Assembly (NCBI RefSeq): GCF_006345805.1
Contig: NC_042999.1
Span: forward strand, 23,064,001-23,128,000
Direction of reading: 5' to 3'
Origin: Octopus sinensis
Taxonomy: Eukaryota
Length of the DNA stretch: 64,000 nt
Below are positions 1 to 11,969 of this stretch, in pieces. Under the pieces are notes generated by a model. The model had not been told where the DNA came from, searched no databases, and worked only from the letters and a program-made list of their open reading frames with translations. Numbering within the stretch: the stretch's first letter is position 1; the number at the start of each line of letters is the position of its first letter. The position numbers were made by a program, and so were the translations under genes.

Positions 1-229
1 ACTTAATTTATCGACCCCGAAAGGATGAAAGGCAAAGTCGACCTCGGCGGAATTTGAACTCAGAACGTAAAGACAGACGAAATACCGCTAGGCATTTCGC
101 CCGGCATGCTAACGATTCTGTCAGCTCATCGCCTTTCTAGTATAAAATATATTAAATGCTTATTAAACATATGGGATACACAGGTATAACCCCATGCTAA
201 CCCAACAGAGGGACTAGTGATTTAAGCTG

Positions 230-390
230 ACAGATGTGTGGTGGATAAAGTAATCAAGGATATGAAGGACAAGAAGAGGGCCCATCAGATGCGGGTCCAC
301 CAGGGATTGTTACAGAGATGCTTAAAACATCTTTGGAAGTAGGATACAAGATTACTACCTAGATAGTTAATCGGGTCATACAGAAATGAA
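230..390 (+). mobile_element. Degenerate RTE LINE ORF2 fragment
   Basis: Translates roughly VDKVIKDMK..GP.GIVTEMLKTSLEVGYKI..IVNRVIQ, similar to the GPDGIxAEMLK pre-RT motif; frameshifted. Confidence 0.55.
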
Positions 391-551
391 ATAACAGTAT
401 CGTTGTAAACAATGTTAACTGCACCAATAACAGTTTACTTATTATTTTCGCTTTTTTCTTGTACATGTATATATCCAAAAACAACAGGGACTTCAATAAT
501 GGTAATAATATTAGTTTGAAATTCTGGCTCAGAGGAGGGGTAAGTCAATTA

Positions 552-763
552 TAAGGGGGTGCTGAAAAGTTCTTTAAGGATATCTTTAAGGCCTGGCTGG
601 AGGCCCAAACCTTCCAAGTTCTTTTGCAAGGCTTAGAAAAACTGAAGGACCACTGCAATAAGTGTGTTAATCTGAGAAGGGAATATGTTGATTAAAATCA
701 TAATTAACTGATCCGTCTGTATTTTCTTTTACCCAAAGCCAGGAACATTTCAGCACTACCTCG
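552..763. mobile_element. Mariner-derived MITE inserted in a SINE
   Basis: TIRs TAAGGGGGTGCTGAAAAGTTC / GAACATTTCAGCACTACCTCG, TA on both sides; interior GLEKLKDHCNKCVNLRREYVD* = mariner C-terminus. Confidence 0.8.
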
Positions 764-1254
764 TAAATCAAGCCCAGTATTCAACTGGTACTTGATTTAT
801 CGACCCCGAAAGAATGAAAGGCAAAGTCAACCTCAGTGGAATTTGAACTCAGTACGTAAAGACATGAAATGACACGAAGTATTTTGCCTGGCTTGCTAAC
901 AATTCTGCCAGCTCACCACATCTAGTGTGTAATGGTGGTTTCAAATTTTGGCACAAGGCCAGCAAGTCTGGGGAAGGACGTAAGTTGACTACATCAACCC
1001 CAGTACTTAACTGGTACTTGTTTTATCAATGCCAAAGAGATGAAAGGCAAAGTCGAACTCAGTGGAATTTGAACTCAGAATGTAAGGACAGACAGAATGC
1101 TGCTAAGCACTTTGCCTAATCTGCTAATGACTTTCCCAGCTCGTCACCTTAATGGCCCTTTCTCCTATAGGCACAAGGCCTGAAACTTTGTGGGAGGGCG
1201 GGGGAGGGCTAATTGATTACATTGGCTCTGGCTCCAGTGCGTAACTGAGGAATT

Positions 1255-1800
1255 TCAACGTGTTTTGTGGTCTGCTACTACAACAGCTCCTTTATAGGAT
1301 CCAGTTAGCTCAAGACATCATCAGGAGGAACCACGTCTGGTTTTGGCCCCTACTCCTCCACCGTTTTGATGTGGCGGGTCCCCCCACCCTTTCAAAGGTG
1401 TCTTCAGCTCTGGTGTTGGGTGCATGTCTTCTTTCTTCTTCTTTCTTCTGTTTCCTGGCCTCTTCGATGTAGCGTCAACGAGTGTCAACAGGCAACTGCC
1501 TGTCTTTTCAAATTTCCCTTTAAATACCTGCTGCTAGGCTCCAGCAGGTAGTCCCAGCAAGTTGTCACATGACACTGTCTCAACTTTAACTAACCAATGG
1601 AGGGTGCATAGTCTTAGCCCATGCATTCTCTAAACGAGACCGTCACCTGTCAATCAGGAAGCTAATTCAGTGTCAGCTTGTCTCACCTAGTGATGTTATT
1701 TCCTGCCGGCATGTAATGACTTTCAAGACATTTTTGGTCTTCCTGCTTCAGCCATATATAGAAGCTGGCTTTTTCGACCACCTCCTGTACTCTCCTTATT
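1255..1800 (-). mobile_element. Probable retroelement non-coding/5' fragment, family unassigned
   Basis: GC-richer island between SINEs without a long ORF; assignment is inference only. Confidence 0.25.
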
Positions 1801-3331
1801 AGCTTTCTCAGTTCCGAGCTCTCAGTTCATCAAAAAAATGAAAGGAAAAGTCAACCTCGGCAGAATTTGAACCCAGAATGTAAAAACAGTTGAAATGCTG
1901 CTAAGCATTTTGCTCAGAGTGCGAACGATTCTGCCAGCTCACCACCCTAATAACGGTAATATCCTTTTCTACTCTAGGCACAAGGCCTGAAATTTTTCGA
2001 GCAGTTGATTAGATCGACCCAAGTACCCAACTGGTGCTTCATTTATCGACCCCAAAAGGATGAAAGGCAAAGTTGACCTCAGCGGAATTTGAACTCAGAA
2101 CATAAAAACAGACTAAATACCACTAAGCATTTTGCCTGAGGTGCTACCATTTGATAATAATAATAATAATAATGAGGCAAAAATAACAACAATAACAATA
2201 AGTTATTAACAACAACAACAATAATAATAATAATGATAATGTTTTATAATAATTATTTCAAATTTTTGCCACAAGGGCAGCTTGGGGGAAGTGGGGATGA
2301 GTTGATTACATCGCCCCCATCCGTGTTCAACTGGTACTTATTTTATCAACCCCGAAAGGATGACAGGCAAAGTTGAGCTCGGTGTAATTTGAACTCAGAA
2401 CTTAGCGACGAGCAAAATACTGCTGAGCATTTCGTCCAGTGTGCTAACAATTCTACCAGCTCTCTGCCTTAATAATAATAATAATAATAATAATAATATC
2501 AAACCAGTACTGGACTAGTACTTATTTTATTTACTCCTCAAAAGGCAAAATTGATTCTGTGAGGATTTGAATTTTTACATTCTGCGTTCAGAATATTCAG
2601 AGTATTAAGAGATGGCTGTTTTTTGTTTGTTTTGTTTTGTTTTGTTTTTTCTCTTTGTTTTGCTTTTTTTCTTTTGTTTTTTATTCAGAAAAAAAGAAAA
2701 AATTCTAAGGAAAAGTGATTAATAAGGACGGTATAAAAATGCAATGCATATAGTTTAAGGAAAAGTACAAAGAAGTATTAATGATAATGGTATAAATAGT
2801 CGTTTCTACTAAAGGCACAAGGCATGAAAATTTGGGAGAGGACGGGTAGTCGATTACATCAACCCCAGTATTCAACTGGTATTTATTTTATCAACCATGA
2901 AAGGCTGAAAGGCAAAATCAACCTCAGCAGAATTTGAACAATAATAATAATAATAAGCAGTTTCTAATTTAGATACAAGGCCAGTAATTTTGAAGGGCAG
3001 TTGTTAGTTGATACCATCAACCACAGTAGTTTTCTGGTACTTTATTTTACCCACCCTGGAAGTATGAAAGACAAAATTTGCCTCAGTGCTATTTGAACTC
3101 AGAATATATACAGCTGGAACAAATACCACAAAGAATTTTCTTTCATACTCTGACGATTCTGCCAGCAATTGTTTCTAATATAGGCACAGGGCCTGAAGTC
3201 TGAGAGGAACGGTTTAGTAGATTCCATTCATTGCAGTACTAGATTTGTACCTTGTTTTACAGATCCTAAATTAAAAATGAAAAAGCCAAGATGACCTTGG
3301 CAATACTTGGGATAATATTTGTTTTGTCTTG

Positions 3332-3337
3332 TTTATT
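3332..3337 (-). promoter_or_regulatory. Candidate polyadenylation signal of the TEP1-like gene
   Basis: AATAAA on minus strand about 65 nt after the stop; AT-rich context makes chance occurrence likely. Confidence 0.25.
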
Positions 3338-3400
3338 TTTTGGGGTTTTTTTTTTTTTTAAAGACATTTCTATTTAGAAATTAAATTTAGAAAAAAAATT

Positions 3401-3529
3401 TTAAAACTTTAATGTTAGAAAGTAGATTTTGCCGAGTTGGTCTCCAGCAATGATATGAATATCTCCGGCCTGTGTCCGTTGGCAGAAAGTCATATTAGTT
3501 ACAGGTGCTACGCAGTAAAACTGAGCAAT
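3401..3529 (-). CDS. TEP1: TEP1-like terminal coding exon with stop codon
   Basis: TTTCAG acceptor; IAQFYCVAPVTNMTFCQRTQAGDIHIIAGDQLGKIYFLTLKF*; AGDxxGxxYFL resembles the TEP1 C-terminus as I recall it (GDVQGNVYFL). Confidence 0.88.
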   Translation of the reverse strand: MAQFYCVAPVTNMTFCQRTQAGDIHIIAGDQLGKIYFLTLKF

Positions 3530-3697
3530 CTGAAATTAAAAGAAACAAAAAACAAATAAATAGAAATATAATTAAAAGTTACGTAATTGACTCAGAGATG
3601 GTAAATTAAATTTTTTTTTTTGGTGGGAGGTGTCAGAAGTGGGGGAAGGAGGGCCTATGTGCTTCATATATCCCATCAATTCCTATACCCCATCATA

Positions 3698-4196
3698 TTC
3701 TTTTATTCTTTTACTTGTTTCAGTCATTTGACTGTGGCCATGCTAGAGCACCGCCTTTAGTCGAGCAAATCGACCCCAGGACTCATTCCTTGTAAGCCTA
3801 GTACTTATTCTATCGGTTGCTTTAGCCGAACCGCTAAGTTACGGGGACGTAAACACACCAGCATCGGTTGTCATGCGATGTTGGGGGGACAAACACAGAC
3901 AAACAAACATATATACACACACACGACCGCTCTGCCTGGCGTCAGACAGTGAGGAAAGGCGTTTCCATGGCTGAGGAAAGGAGAGCACAGCTGTGGTCGG
4001 ACAGGCGGGACAGGAAGAGGACAACTGCAGCAACACCCCACACGTACCCATCGATGTTCGTGTGCAGCAACTGTACCAGGGACTGCCACTCTAGAATTGG
4101 ACTATTCAGTCACAGCAGACGCTGCTCATCATCAAAGTAGGCCCCACCCTTGGTGCGACCCATTGTCTACCAAGACAGACGGGAGAAAGAGAAAGA

Positions 4197-4233
<37 letters not shown>

Positions 4234-4398
4234 CATATATACTACGGGCTTCTTTCAGTTTCCGTCTACCAAATCCACTCACAAGGCTTTGGTCGGCTCG
4301 AGGCTATAGTAGAAGACACTTGCCCAAGGTGCCATACAGTGGGACTGAACCCGGAACTATGTGGTTGGTAAGCAAGCTACTTACCACATAGCCTCTCC
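3698..4398 (-). mobile_element. SINE family A, split by RTE fragment
   Basis: Matches family A consensus either side of 3925-4199. Confidence 0.85.
3925..4199 (+). mobile_element. 5'-truncated RTE (BovB-like) LINE 3' end nested in a SINE microsatellite
   Basis: DRSAWRQTVRKGV...FVCSNCTRDCHSRIGLFSHSRRC*: terminal C2HC zinc finger typical of RTE ORF2; short UTR, (AAAGAG)n-like tail. Confidence 0.8.
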
Positions 4399-5159
4399 TA
4401 TGCCTATATATTCATATACCCCATTAATTCCTACTTGATGTGGTGAGAGTGTCACAGGTGCTGTTTAGTTTGAATGACAGAAATGGGAATCAAATGATAA
4501 TGTAGGAAAGATAGGGCAACCCAATCTCAACCAGTATTTACAATCCAATGTGATTCTTGCAATAGGCTGTTTAGGGCAAGAATTGGGCTTAAGTTTATTA
4601 GCCATCAGAAAGCCCATCATCCCCTACAGCACAAATGACCCTCACCTCTGGACTGAAATACACTAAATACTCAGAAAGAAGTCCTTGCTGCAGTTGGTGA
4701 TGAGTTTGAATGGCTATAAGGTAATATCTATTAGAAAAGAGGGGGATGGAATTCCTATGACTGACACACTGGCCCCTAACAAAGGTATGGGACCAGGGGC
4801 TGAGAATTGGGAGGGATGATAAGAGAAGAGGGATGAGTGTACTGTTGTTGTTGTTTAGCCCTAGACCATCCGTAATTAGGTAGAATTTAAGATCAAAAGA
4901 CCCCTAGTCATGACTATTCAGTCTCTTCATATATACCTCGGGCTATGTTGTAAAATTTGATCTTCCTTTCTTATGAAGATAGGTGTGATTTGAGGGAGAT
5001 TTCGCCGCTGATTCTTGAAGATCTAGCAACTTCATAAAGGCTCCTTTGATAGGTGGTCCTAAAAGGGTTAGTTACAGTTAAGTTCTTTGCTTCCTATGAA
5101 GTATAGGCCATTGGAAACTTTTCTCCACTGTTCTTGATTCTCAAATATTATTATTATTA

Positions 5160-5515
5160 TTATTCAGGTCACTGCCTGGAATCGAACTCCGAATCTTGGG
5201 TTTAGTAGCCTGCGCTCTGAACCACAATGCCATATGTGGGCAATTATGGAGTGAATTTTAGGGCCTATAAATCTAATATTTTCCTATCCTTCCTTAATAC
5301 CGGTTCCCATATGCTATTCATATCTGAAATCGGTCCGCTTAGGAGGTTGTTGTGTCCTAGTGTATGTGCTGCTTCTTTTAGTTTTCGTATTTTCCAGTGG
5401 TGTTCTCTGTCTATTATTTTAACTTCATCCCACATGGATATTTGTCCTCATCTTGTTTGTTGTTAACACATTTTGGCTGATATACCCTTCAGCCTTCATC
5501 AGGTGTCTTGAGAAG
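5160..5515 (-). mobile_element. Penelope-like/retrozyme-like remnant with decayed hammerhead and downstream tRNA-like module
   Basis: CUGAUGA-A-GGCUG..CAGCC-AAAA at 5471-5502; B-box GTTCGATTCC at 5178-5187; (AAT)n after. Confidence 0.5.
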
Positions 5516-6044
5516 TGCAGGCAAGAATGCTCAACTAGATAAGTTTGTGACTAATACACAAGAAGAGATAAAATTCATCAAATAGACTTAAATACAGTAT
5601 TTATCAACTTAAGGTCACTCACTACCAACCAAATATAGAAATAACGATTGTTTTTTTGTTTTTTTTGGAACAGTGAATCTTGAAGTACATAAATCTATAA
5701 ACAATAGCATGTAAATATTGTACTGAAAAACACTTTGGGATAGAAATTGGCAAAGGTTTATTATTTAAATTATTTAAACAGGTATGGCTGTGTGATAAGA
5801 ATTTTATACCCAACCACATGGTAGATGGAAACTAAAAGAAGCCTGTCATACATGTGTGTGTGTGCATGTGAGTTTTTGGTGTCTATGTTTGTACCCCTCA
5901 CCCCTACCAAACAGCTTGATAATCAGTGTTGGTTCGACCACATCACTGTAGCTTAACAGTTCAGCGAAAGACAGATAAATAAGTACCTTAAGGTGGTACT
6001 CCAGCATGGTCATAGTTGAATGACTGAAACAAGTAAACAACAAA

Positions 6045-6688
6045 ATATACTTCGTTTTGGGATTTGGTTTGCAAGATTCTTTATATGAGTTTGTGTGTTG
6101 AAGCATATTCTGAGAGTCAAGACTATTGAAAAGGTTGCAAGACGCAACAAAAATTTTAGGACAATAAAAATAAGAAATAAGTGGAAATTTTACCGGTGAG
6201 TGTGTTAAATTATAAGGCACAAAAAGAAAATGACTCTCCCCAGACACAACAGAACAAAAGATACCTTTATGTGCTTCAAGATCCACCTATCCAAAAACAA
6301 ATTATTTCACTGTTGTGTCTGGAGAGAGTCATTTTCTTTTTGTGCCTTATAATGTAACACACTCACCAGTAAAATTTCCACTTAGTTCTTATTTATATTT
6401 TCCTAAAATTTTACCGGTGAGTGTGTTACATTATAAGGCACAAAAATAAAATGACTCTCCTCAGACATAATAGAATATGTTTCAATACACGAACTCATAT
6501 AAAGAATAGGCATAGGAGTGGCTATGTGGTAAGTAGCTTGCTTACCAACCACATGGTTCCGGGTTCAGTCCCACTGCGTGGCACCTTGGGCAAGTGTCTT
6601 CTACTATAGCCTCGGGCCGACCAAAGCCTTGTGAGTGGATTTGGTAGACGGAAACAGAAAGAAACCTGTTGTACATATATATATATAT

Positions 6689-6732
<44 letters not shown>

Positions 6733-6980
6733 CGCATGTTTGTGTGTCTGTGTTTGTCCCCTCAACATCACTAGGGAACCGATGCTGGTGTGTTTATGTC
6801 CCTGTAACTTAGCGGTTCGGCAAAAGAGACCGATAGAATAAGTACTAGGCTTACAAAGAATAAGTCCTGGAGTCGATTTGCTCGACTAAAGGTGGTGCTC
6901 CAGCATGGCCACAGTCGAATATGACTGAAACAACTAAAAGAGTAATCTTGCAAACCAAATCCAAAAACGAAATTATTTCA
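6045..6980. mobile_element. Rearranged foldback DNA-transposon remnant split by a SINE
   Basis: Inverted ~100-bp arms 6150-6250 / 6310-6410; related copy at 23880-24030. Confidence 0.6.
6508..6943 (+). mobile_element. tRNA-derived SINE family A (internal (TA)n(TG)n), full length
   Basis: Head GGAGTGGCTATGTGGTAAG..GGTTCAGTCCC (A/B-box like); tail GACTGAAACAA(G/C)TAAAAGAG; >12 copies in window. Confidence 0.88.
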
Positions 6981-7050
6981 CGTTCTCTCGAAGGTTTATA
7001 AATTCTTATGATATCAACAATAACAATGTTGCAAAAAGAAAACACTTTAC

Positions 7051-7155
7051 CTGTTCCATATCCATCTTCCACATACGCAGTACATTGTCAGCACTTGCTG
7101 TCACGATAATCTCATCAATGACCAATATACAAGTGATAGCAACATTTCGTTGAAC
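7051..7155 (-). CDS. TEP1: TEP1-like penultimate exon (phase 0-0)
   Basis: TTTTGTAG acceptor, GTAAAG donor; VQRNVAITCILVIDEIIVTASADNVLRMWKMDMEQ. Confidence 0.88.
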
Positions 7156-7289
7156 CTACAAAATGAATGTTATTTCTGGTCAGAAAAATATAACATTTTA
7201 AACAACAACAAAACCGAAGAGTAAAAAGAAAATATAAACAAAAAGCAATCAAATTTACTGAATAACATTATTTGTGGCCTATGCTAGGG

Positions 7290-7756
7290 GTGTAACCAGC
7301 CCACTTATGTGTACCTTTCCTTCATTGGACACTAAACTCTGCTTGCAAATACCTGTTGAGGCAAGTGAAATCGAAATCAAATTCAATGACTGGCATCTGT
7401 GTTAGTGGAGTGCTAAGAGCACCATCCAAGCATGATCATTTCCACAGCAGCTAACTTGGCTTCCGTGCTGGTGGCACATAAGAAGCACCATTCAAGCGTG
7501 ATCGTTACTAGCATTGCCTTACTGGCACTTATGCTGATGGCACATGAAAAAACATTCGAGCAAGGTCATTGCCAGTGCCGCTGGACTGGCTCCGGTGCAC
7601 GTAAAAAGCACCGTTTGAGCGTAGATGCTGCCAGTACAGCCTGACTGGCCCTCGTGTCGGTGGCACATAAAAGCACCCACTACACTTTCTGAGTGGTTGG
7701 CGTTAGGAAGGGCATCCAGCAGTAGAAACTCTGCCAGATCAGATTGGAGCCTAGTT
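7290..7756 (+). mobile_element. Family C (RTE 3'-UTR-derived) fragment with diverged hairpin repeats
   Basis: GTGCCGGTGGCACATAAAAGCACC units then GGTTGGCGTTAGGAAGGGCATCCAG. Confidence 0.78.
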
Positions 7757-8110
7757 CCAGGTTCAGTCCCACTGCGTGGCACCTTGGGCAAGTGTCTTCT
7801 ACTATGGCCTCGGGCCGACCAAAGCCTTGTGAGTCGATTTGGTAGACAGAAACTGAAAGAAGCCTGTTGTATATATGTATGTGTGTGTATATGTTTGTGT
7901 GTCTGTTTGTCCCCCCCGCCCAACATCACTTGACAACCGATGCTGGTGTGTTTACGTCCCTGTAATTTAGCAGTTCGGCAGAAAAGACTGATAGAATAAG
8001 TACTAAGCTTACAAAGAATAAGTCCTGGGGTCGATTTGTTTGACTAAAGGCATTGCTCCAGCATGGCCACAGTCAAATGACTGAAACAAGTAAAAGAGTA
8101 AAAAGAGAGA
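7757..8110 (+). mobile_element. SINE family A, 5'-truncated, fused to family C tail
   Basis: Begins at GGTTCAGTCCCACTGCG directly after family C sequence. Confidence 0.8.
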
Positions 8111-8741
8111 GAGTAGGAATCTTAGAAAAAAAAACTAAGTATTGGACTTGATTTGCTCAGCTAAACCCTTCAAGGCAATGCCCCAGCATGGCCACAGTTC
8201 AAAGACTGAAACAAGTGAAAGATAAGTAATAAAAGGTATTAAGATCAGGAAATATTGAAATATCTGTTTCCAAAATATACAGATTTGCACAAGTATTCAA
8301 AACATACTATCAGTAAAAAACATAAATTTAAAGAGAAAACTCCTTCAAAAATTTCGTTTATGTTATCTACATAACTTTCGTCTAGGAAAAGAATACAATT
8401 TAGAAATAATTTAATATATTTTGCTGACATAGGTAATAACATTTTTGAACATTGTCTAACATAATGTACATATTATATTCCTGAAGGTAAAAGTAACAAG
8501 TTTTGCAATTTCCCCAATACAAATTTCATTTGAAACAAAAAAAATATGTACATTTTTATGATGACATTTTTCTACCAAGGGGGAAAAAAGTAATAATAAT
8601 AATATTTATCATTATTATATTTTTTCTTCTTTCAATTTTGTTTACATGTCTTGCTGAGTGTCTTCCTGAAATCATCATCATTATTATTATTATTATTATC
8701 ATTATTATTGTTATTATTATTATTACTATTATCATTACTGA

Positions 8742-9275
8742 GTAAGAGAGCAGCGCATGCCATTAAAGTGACACTGGGATAAAAATATATGAAGCCCAGT
8801 ATACCCGTCATGACTACCCATCTGATAAGGGTACACCAGGCACATGCATCACAACCATATGTGCACGACGTGGTGATCTCATATCAAGATAAACAGCACA
8901 TGACCTTGCAGGTGGGGCCCAGTTAGAATTTTCTTCTGGTCGAGTAGGCCATCCTGCTCAAAAGATCCCTGAACAAAACCCCCTTGTTTCCAAAGGTGAA
9001 TTAGCCAAACCTCTAAGAATTCCTTTCAACACACGACTATGATGCTCACCCACTACGTCTACTCGTGATCAGAGATGCACATATCGTCAGCCACTAAGGG
9101 ACATGGTCAACTGGTTAAGGTCAAACAACTGACAGGCAAATCTGTGGTATTGAGCAGAATATTTGCTGTAGCCCATCTTTTATACCAAGACAAAACAATG
9201 TACATGATAACACTTCCAATCAGTTAAGATCAAAAGCCATGAGAGCCACTGTCTGGTACTGCATCAGGACATTAT
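8742..9275 (+). mobile_element. Retroposon 3' fragment, family E, (ATT)n tail
   Basis: Homologous to reverse complement of 56218-56765. Confidence 0.7.
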
Positions 9276-9289
9276 TATCATATTCAAAA

Positions 9290-9835
9290 TCTGCCATGGT
9301 TAACTTTGCCTTTCATCCTTTCAGGGTCAATAAATTAAGTCCCAGCTGAGTACTGGAGTCAATCTAATTGGCTGGCTCCCTCCCCCAAAATTTCTGGGCC
9401 TTGTGCCTAAAGTAGAAAAGATTATTGTTATTTTTTTTTTTAAGGCTGAGCTGGCAGAATCGTTAAGCACACTGGAAAAAGTGCTTAGTAACTTAGTGAT
9501 ATTTCGCTCATCGCTATGCTCTGAGCTCAAACTCCACCAAGGTTGACTTTGCCCTTCAATCCTTTCAGGGACAATAAATTAAGTACCAATGAAACATTGG
9601 GGTTAATGTAACTAACTTGCTCCTTCTCCCAAATTTCAGGTCTTAGCTGGCAGAATCATTAGCACACCAGACAAAATACTTAGCAGCATTTCGTTGGTCT
9701 TTACATTCTGAGTTCAAATTCCACCAAGGTCAACTTTGCCTTTCGGCCTTCGGGAGTCAATAAATTAAATACCAGTGATACACTAGGATCGATGTTATTG
9801 ACTAGTCCCCTCCCTGCAAATTTCAGGCCTTCTGT
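9290..9835 (+). mobile_element. Three head-to-tail family B SINE pieces
   Basis: GCTGGCAGAATCGTTAGCAC heads at ~9450 and ~9645. Confidence 0.8.
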
Positions 9836-9854
9836 TTTAAGTAGAAAATATCAT

Positions 9855-10200
9855 TACTATTATCATTGATAATATTATTCTTTCAATTTTGTTTCCATTT
9901 CTTGCTGTCACCATTATTATTATTATCACCATCATCATTATTATTATTATTATCATCATCATTATTATCATCACCATCATTATTATTATTATCACCATCA
10001 TTATTATCACCATCATTATTATTATCATCATCATTATTAATATCACCATCATTATTATTATTATTATTATCACCATCATTATTATTATTATCATCACCTT
10101 CATTATTATTATTGTTGACAATATTATTCTTTCAATTTTGTTTCCGTTCTTTGCTGTCTTCCTGACATTATTATTATTATTAGTAGTAGTAGTAGTAGTA
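9855..10200. repeat. (ATT/ATC)n compound tract
   Basis: Direct inspection. Confidence 0.9.
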
Positions 10201-10802
10201 GTATTTCCCTTGATATCATTCATCTTATTCAAACATTGACAGCTTATTTCTGAAAACATGAATATTGTTTATTTCTGTTTATTTCTATTCCGGGGGAGGG
10301 GTGGGGGTGAGCAACACAACCAAATGAGTGTTAGCTACATTGAAGACAAGATATGCTGTGTTCCAATAAAGTTTATTGTGGCATTTAAGAGGAGCATTTT
10401 CTTTTTTTTTTTTCTTTTTTTTTTTTCATATTTTTGCTATAAAAAAAATATAAAGAAATATTAATAGAAAAACGGCAAATCATTCCAATGTTCTCTCGGG
10501 GGGGGGGGTTTACAAAGTAAAAATCATGAAAGAATCTACGAGCCATAGAAAATCATAAAAATCAGTGCTTAATGCTAAACTCACAAGAGTTAAACAGATG
10601 ATAAATTGATTTCTAACATGGGGGAAACATTTCTCAGAAGAACCAGAGCAAAGGCTGTGGTTCTATTAGCTTGGATGTATTGTTGCAGGGAGAATTAGGG
10701 TCCTACCCAAAAGGAAAATTGAATTCCTAGCAATGATACATTTGTAAACATATGGTTAATAAAAAGCAAAAAGGTTTCTTCTTATTATTATTATTATTGG
10801 TA

Positions 10803-11960
10803 AGGCGGTGAGCTGGCAGAATCGTTAGCACATCGGGTAAAATGCTTAGTGGAGTTTCACCAGCCGTTATGTTCTGAGTTCAAATTCCGCCGAGATCAAT
10901 TTTGCCTTTCATCCTTTTGGGGGTCGATAAATTAAGTACCAGTAAAATCCTGGGGATGATGTGATCGACTAGCCCCCTCCCCAAAAACTTCAGGTTTTGT
11001 GTCTATAATAGAAAGGATTATTATTATTATTGGTATTATTATTATTATTATTATTATAGCAGAATCATTAGCACATCAGGCAAAATGCTTAGCCTGCTGT
11101 TACATTCTGAGTTCAAATTCTGCCGAGGTCAACTTTGCCTTTCGTCCTTTTGGGGTTGATGTGATTGACTAGCCCCCTCTCCAAAAACTTTAAGCTTTGT
11201 GTCTATAATAAGAAAAGTGCTGGCAGAATCGTTAGCACATCAGGTAAAATGCTTAGCAGTGTTTCCCCTGCCATTACGTTCTGAGTTCAAATTCCGCCGA
11301 GATCAATTTTGCCTTTCATCCTTTTGGGGGTCGATAAATTAAGTACCAGTAAAATCCTGGGGATGATGTGATCGACTAGCCCCCTCCCCAAAAACTTCAG
11401 GTTTTGTGTCTATAATAGAAAGGATTATTATTATTATTGGTATTATTATTATTATTATTATATAGCAGAATCATTAGCACATCAGGCAAAATGCTTAGCC
11501 TGCTGTTACATTCTGAGTTCAAATTCTGCCGAGGTCAACTTTGCCTTTCGTCCTTTTGGGGTTGATGTGATTGACTAGCCCCCTCTCCAAAAACTTTAAG
11601 CTTTGTGTCTATAATAAGAAAAGTGCTGGCAGAATCGTTAGCACATCAGGTAAAATGCTTAGCAGTGTTTCCCCTGCCATTACGTTCTGAGTTCAAATTC
11701 CGCCGAGATCAATTTTGCCTTTCATCCTTTTGGGGGTTAATAAATTAGTACCAGTGAAATCCTGGGGTTGATGTAATTAACTAGTCCCCCTCCCCCAATA
11801 CTTCAGGCTTTGTGTCTATAATAGAAAGGAGCTGGCAGAATCGTAAGCACATCGGGTAAAATGCTTAGCAGTGTTTCGCCTGCTGTTACGTTCTGAGTTC
11901 AAATTCTGCTGAGATCAACTTTGCCTTTCATCCTTTTGGGGGTTGATAAATTAAGTACCA
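10803..11960 (+). repeat. Tandem array of six family B SINE monomers, ~407-bp dimeric higher-order unit
   Basis: TTCTGAGTTCAAATTCCGCCGAGATCAAT at 10872, 11279, 11685. Confidence 0.9.
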
Positions 11961-11969
11961 GTCAACATT

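Larger units (their letters stand above)
1..3310 (-). mobile_element. Cluster of at least nine same-orientation family B tRNA-derived SINEs
   Basis: CCCCGAAAGGATGAAAGGCAAAGTCGACCTCGGCGGAATTTGAACTCAGAA motif at ~15, 805, 1035, 1835, 2050, 2350, 2895, 3055, 3270, with (ATT)n tails. Confidence 0.85.

Noticed and set aside
9837-10259. Poly-Ile/Met/Leu-Ser ORFs
   Set aside because: Translations of an (ATT/ATC)n tract, open in several frames on both strands
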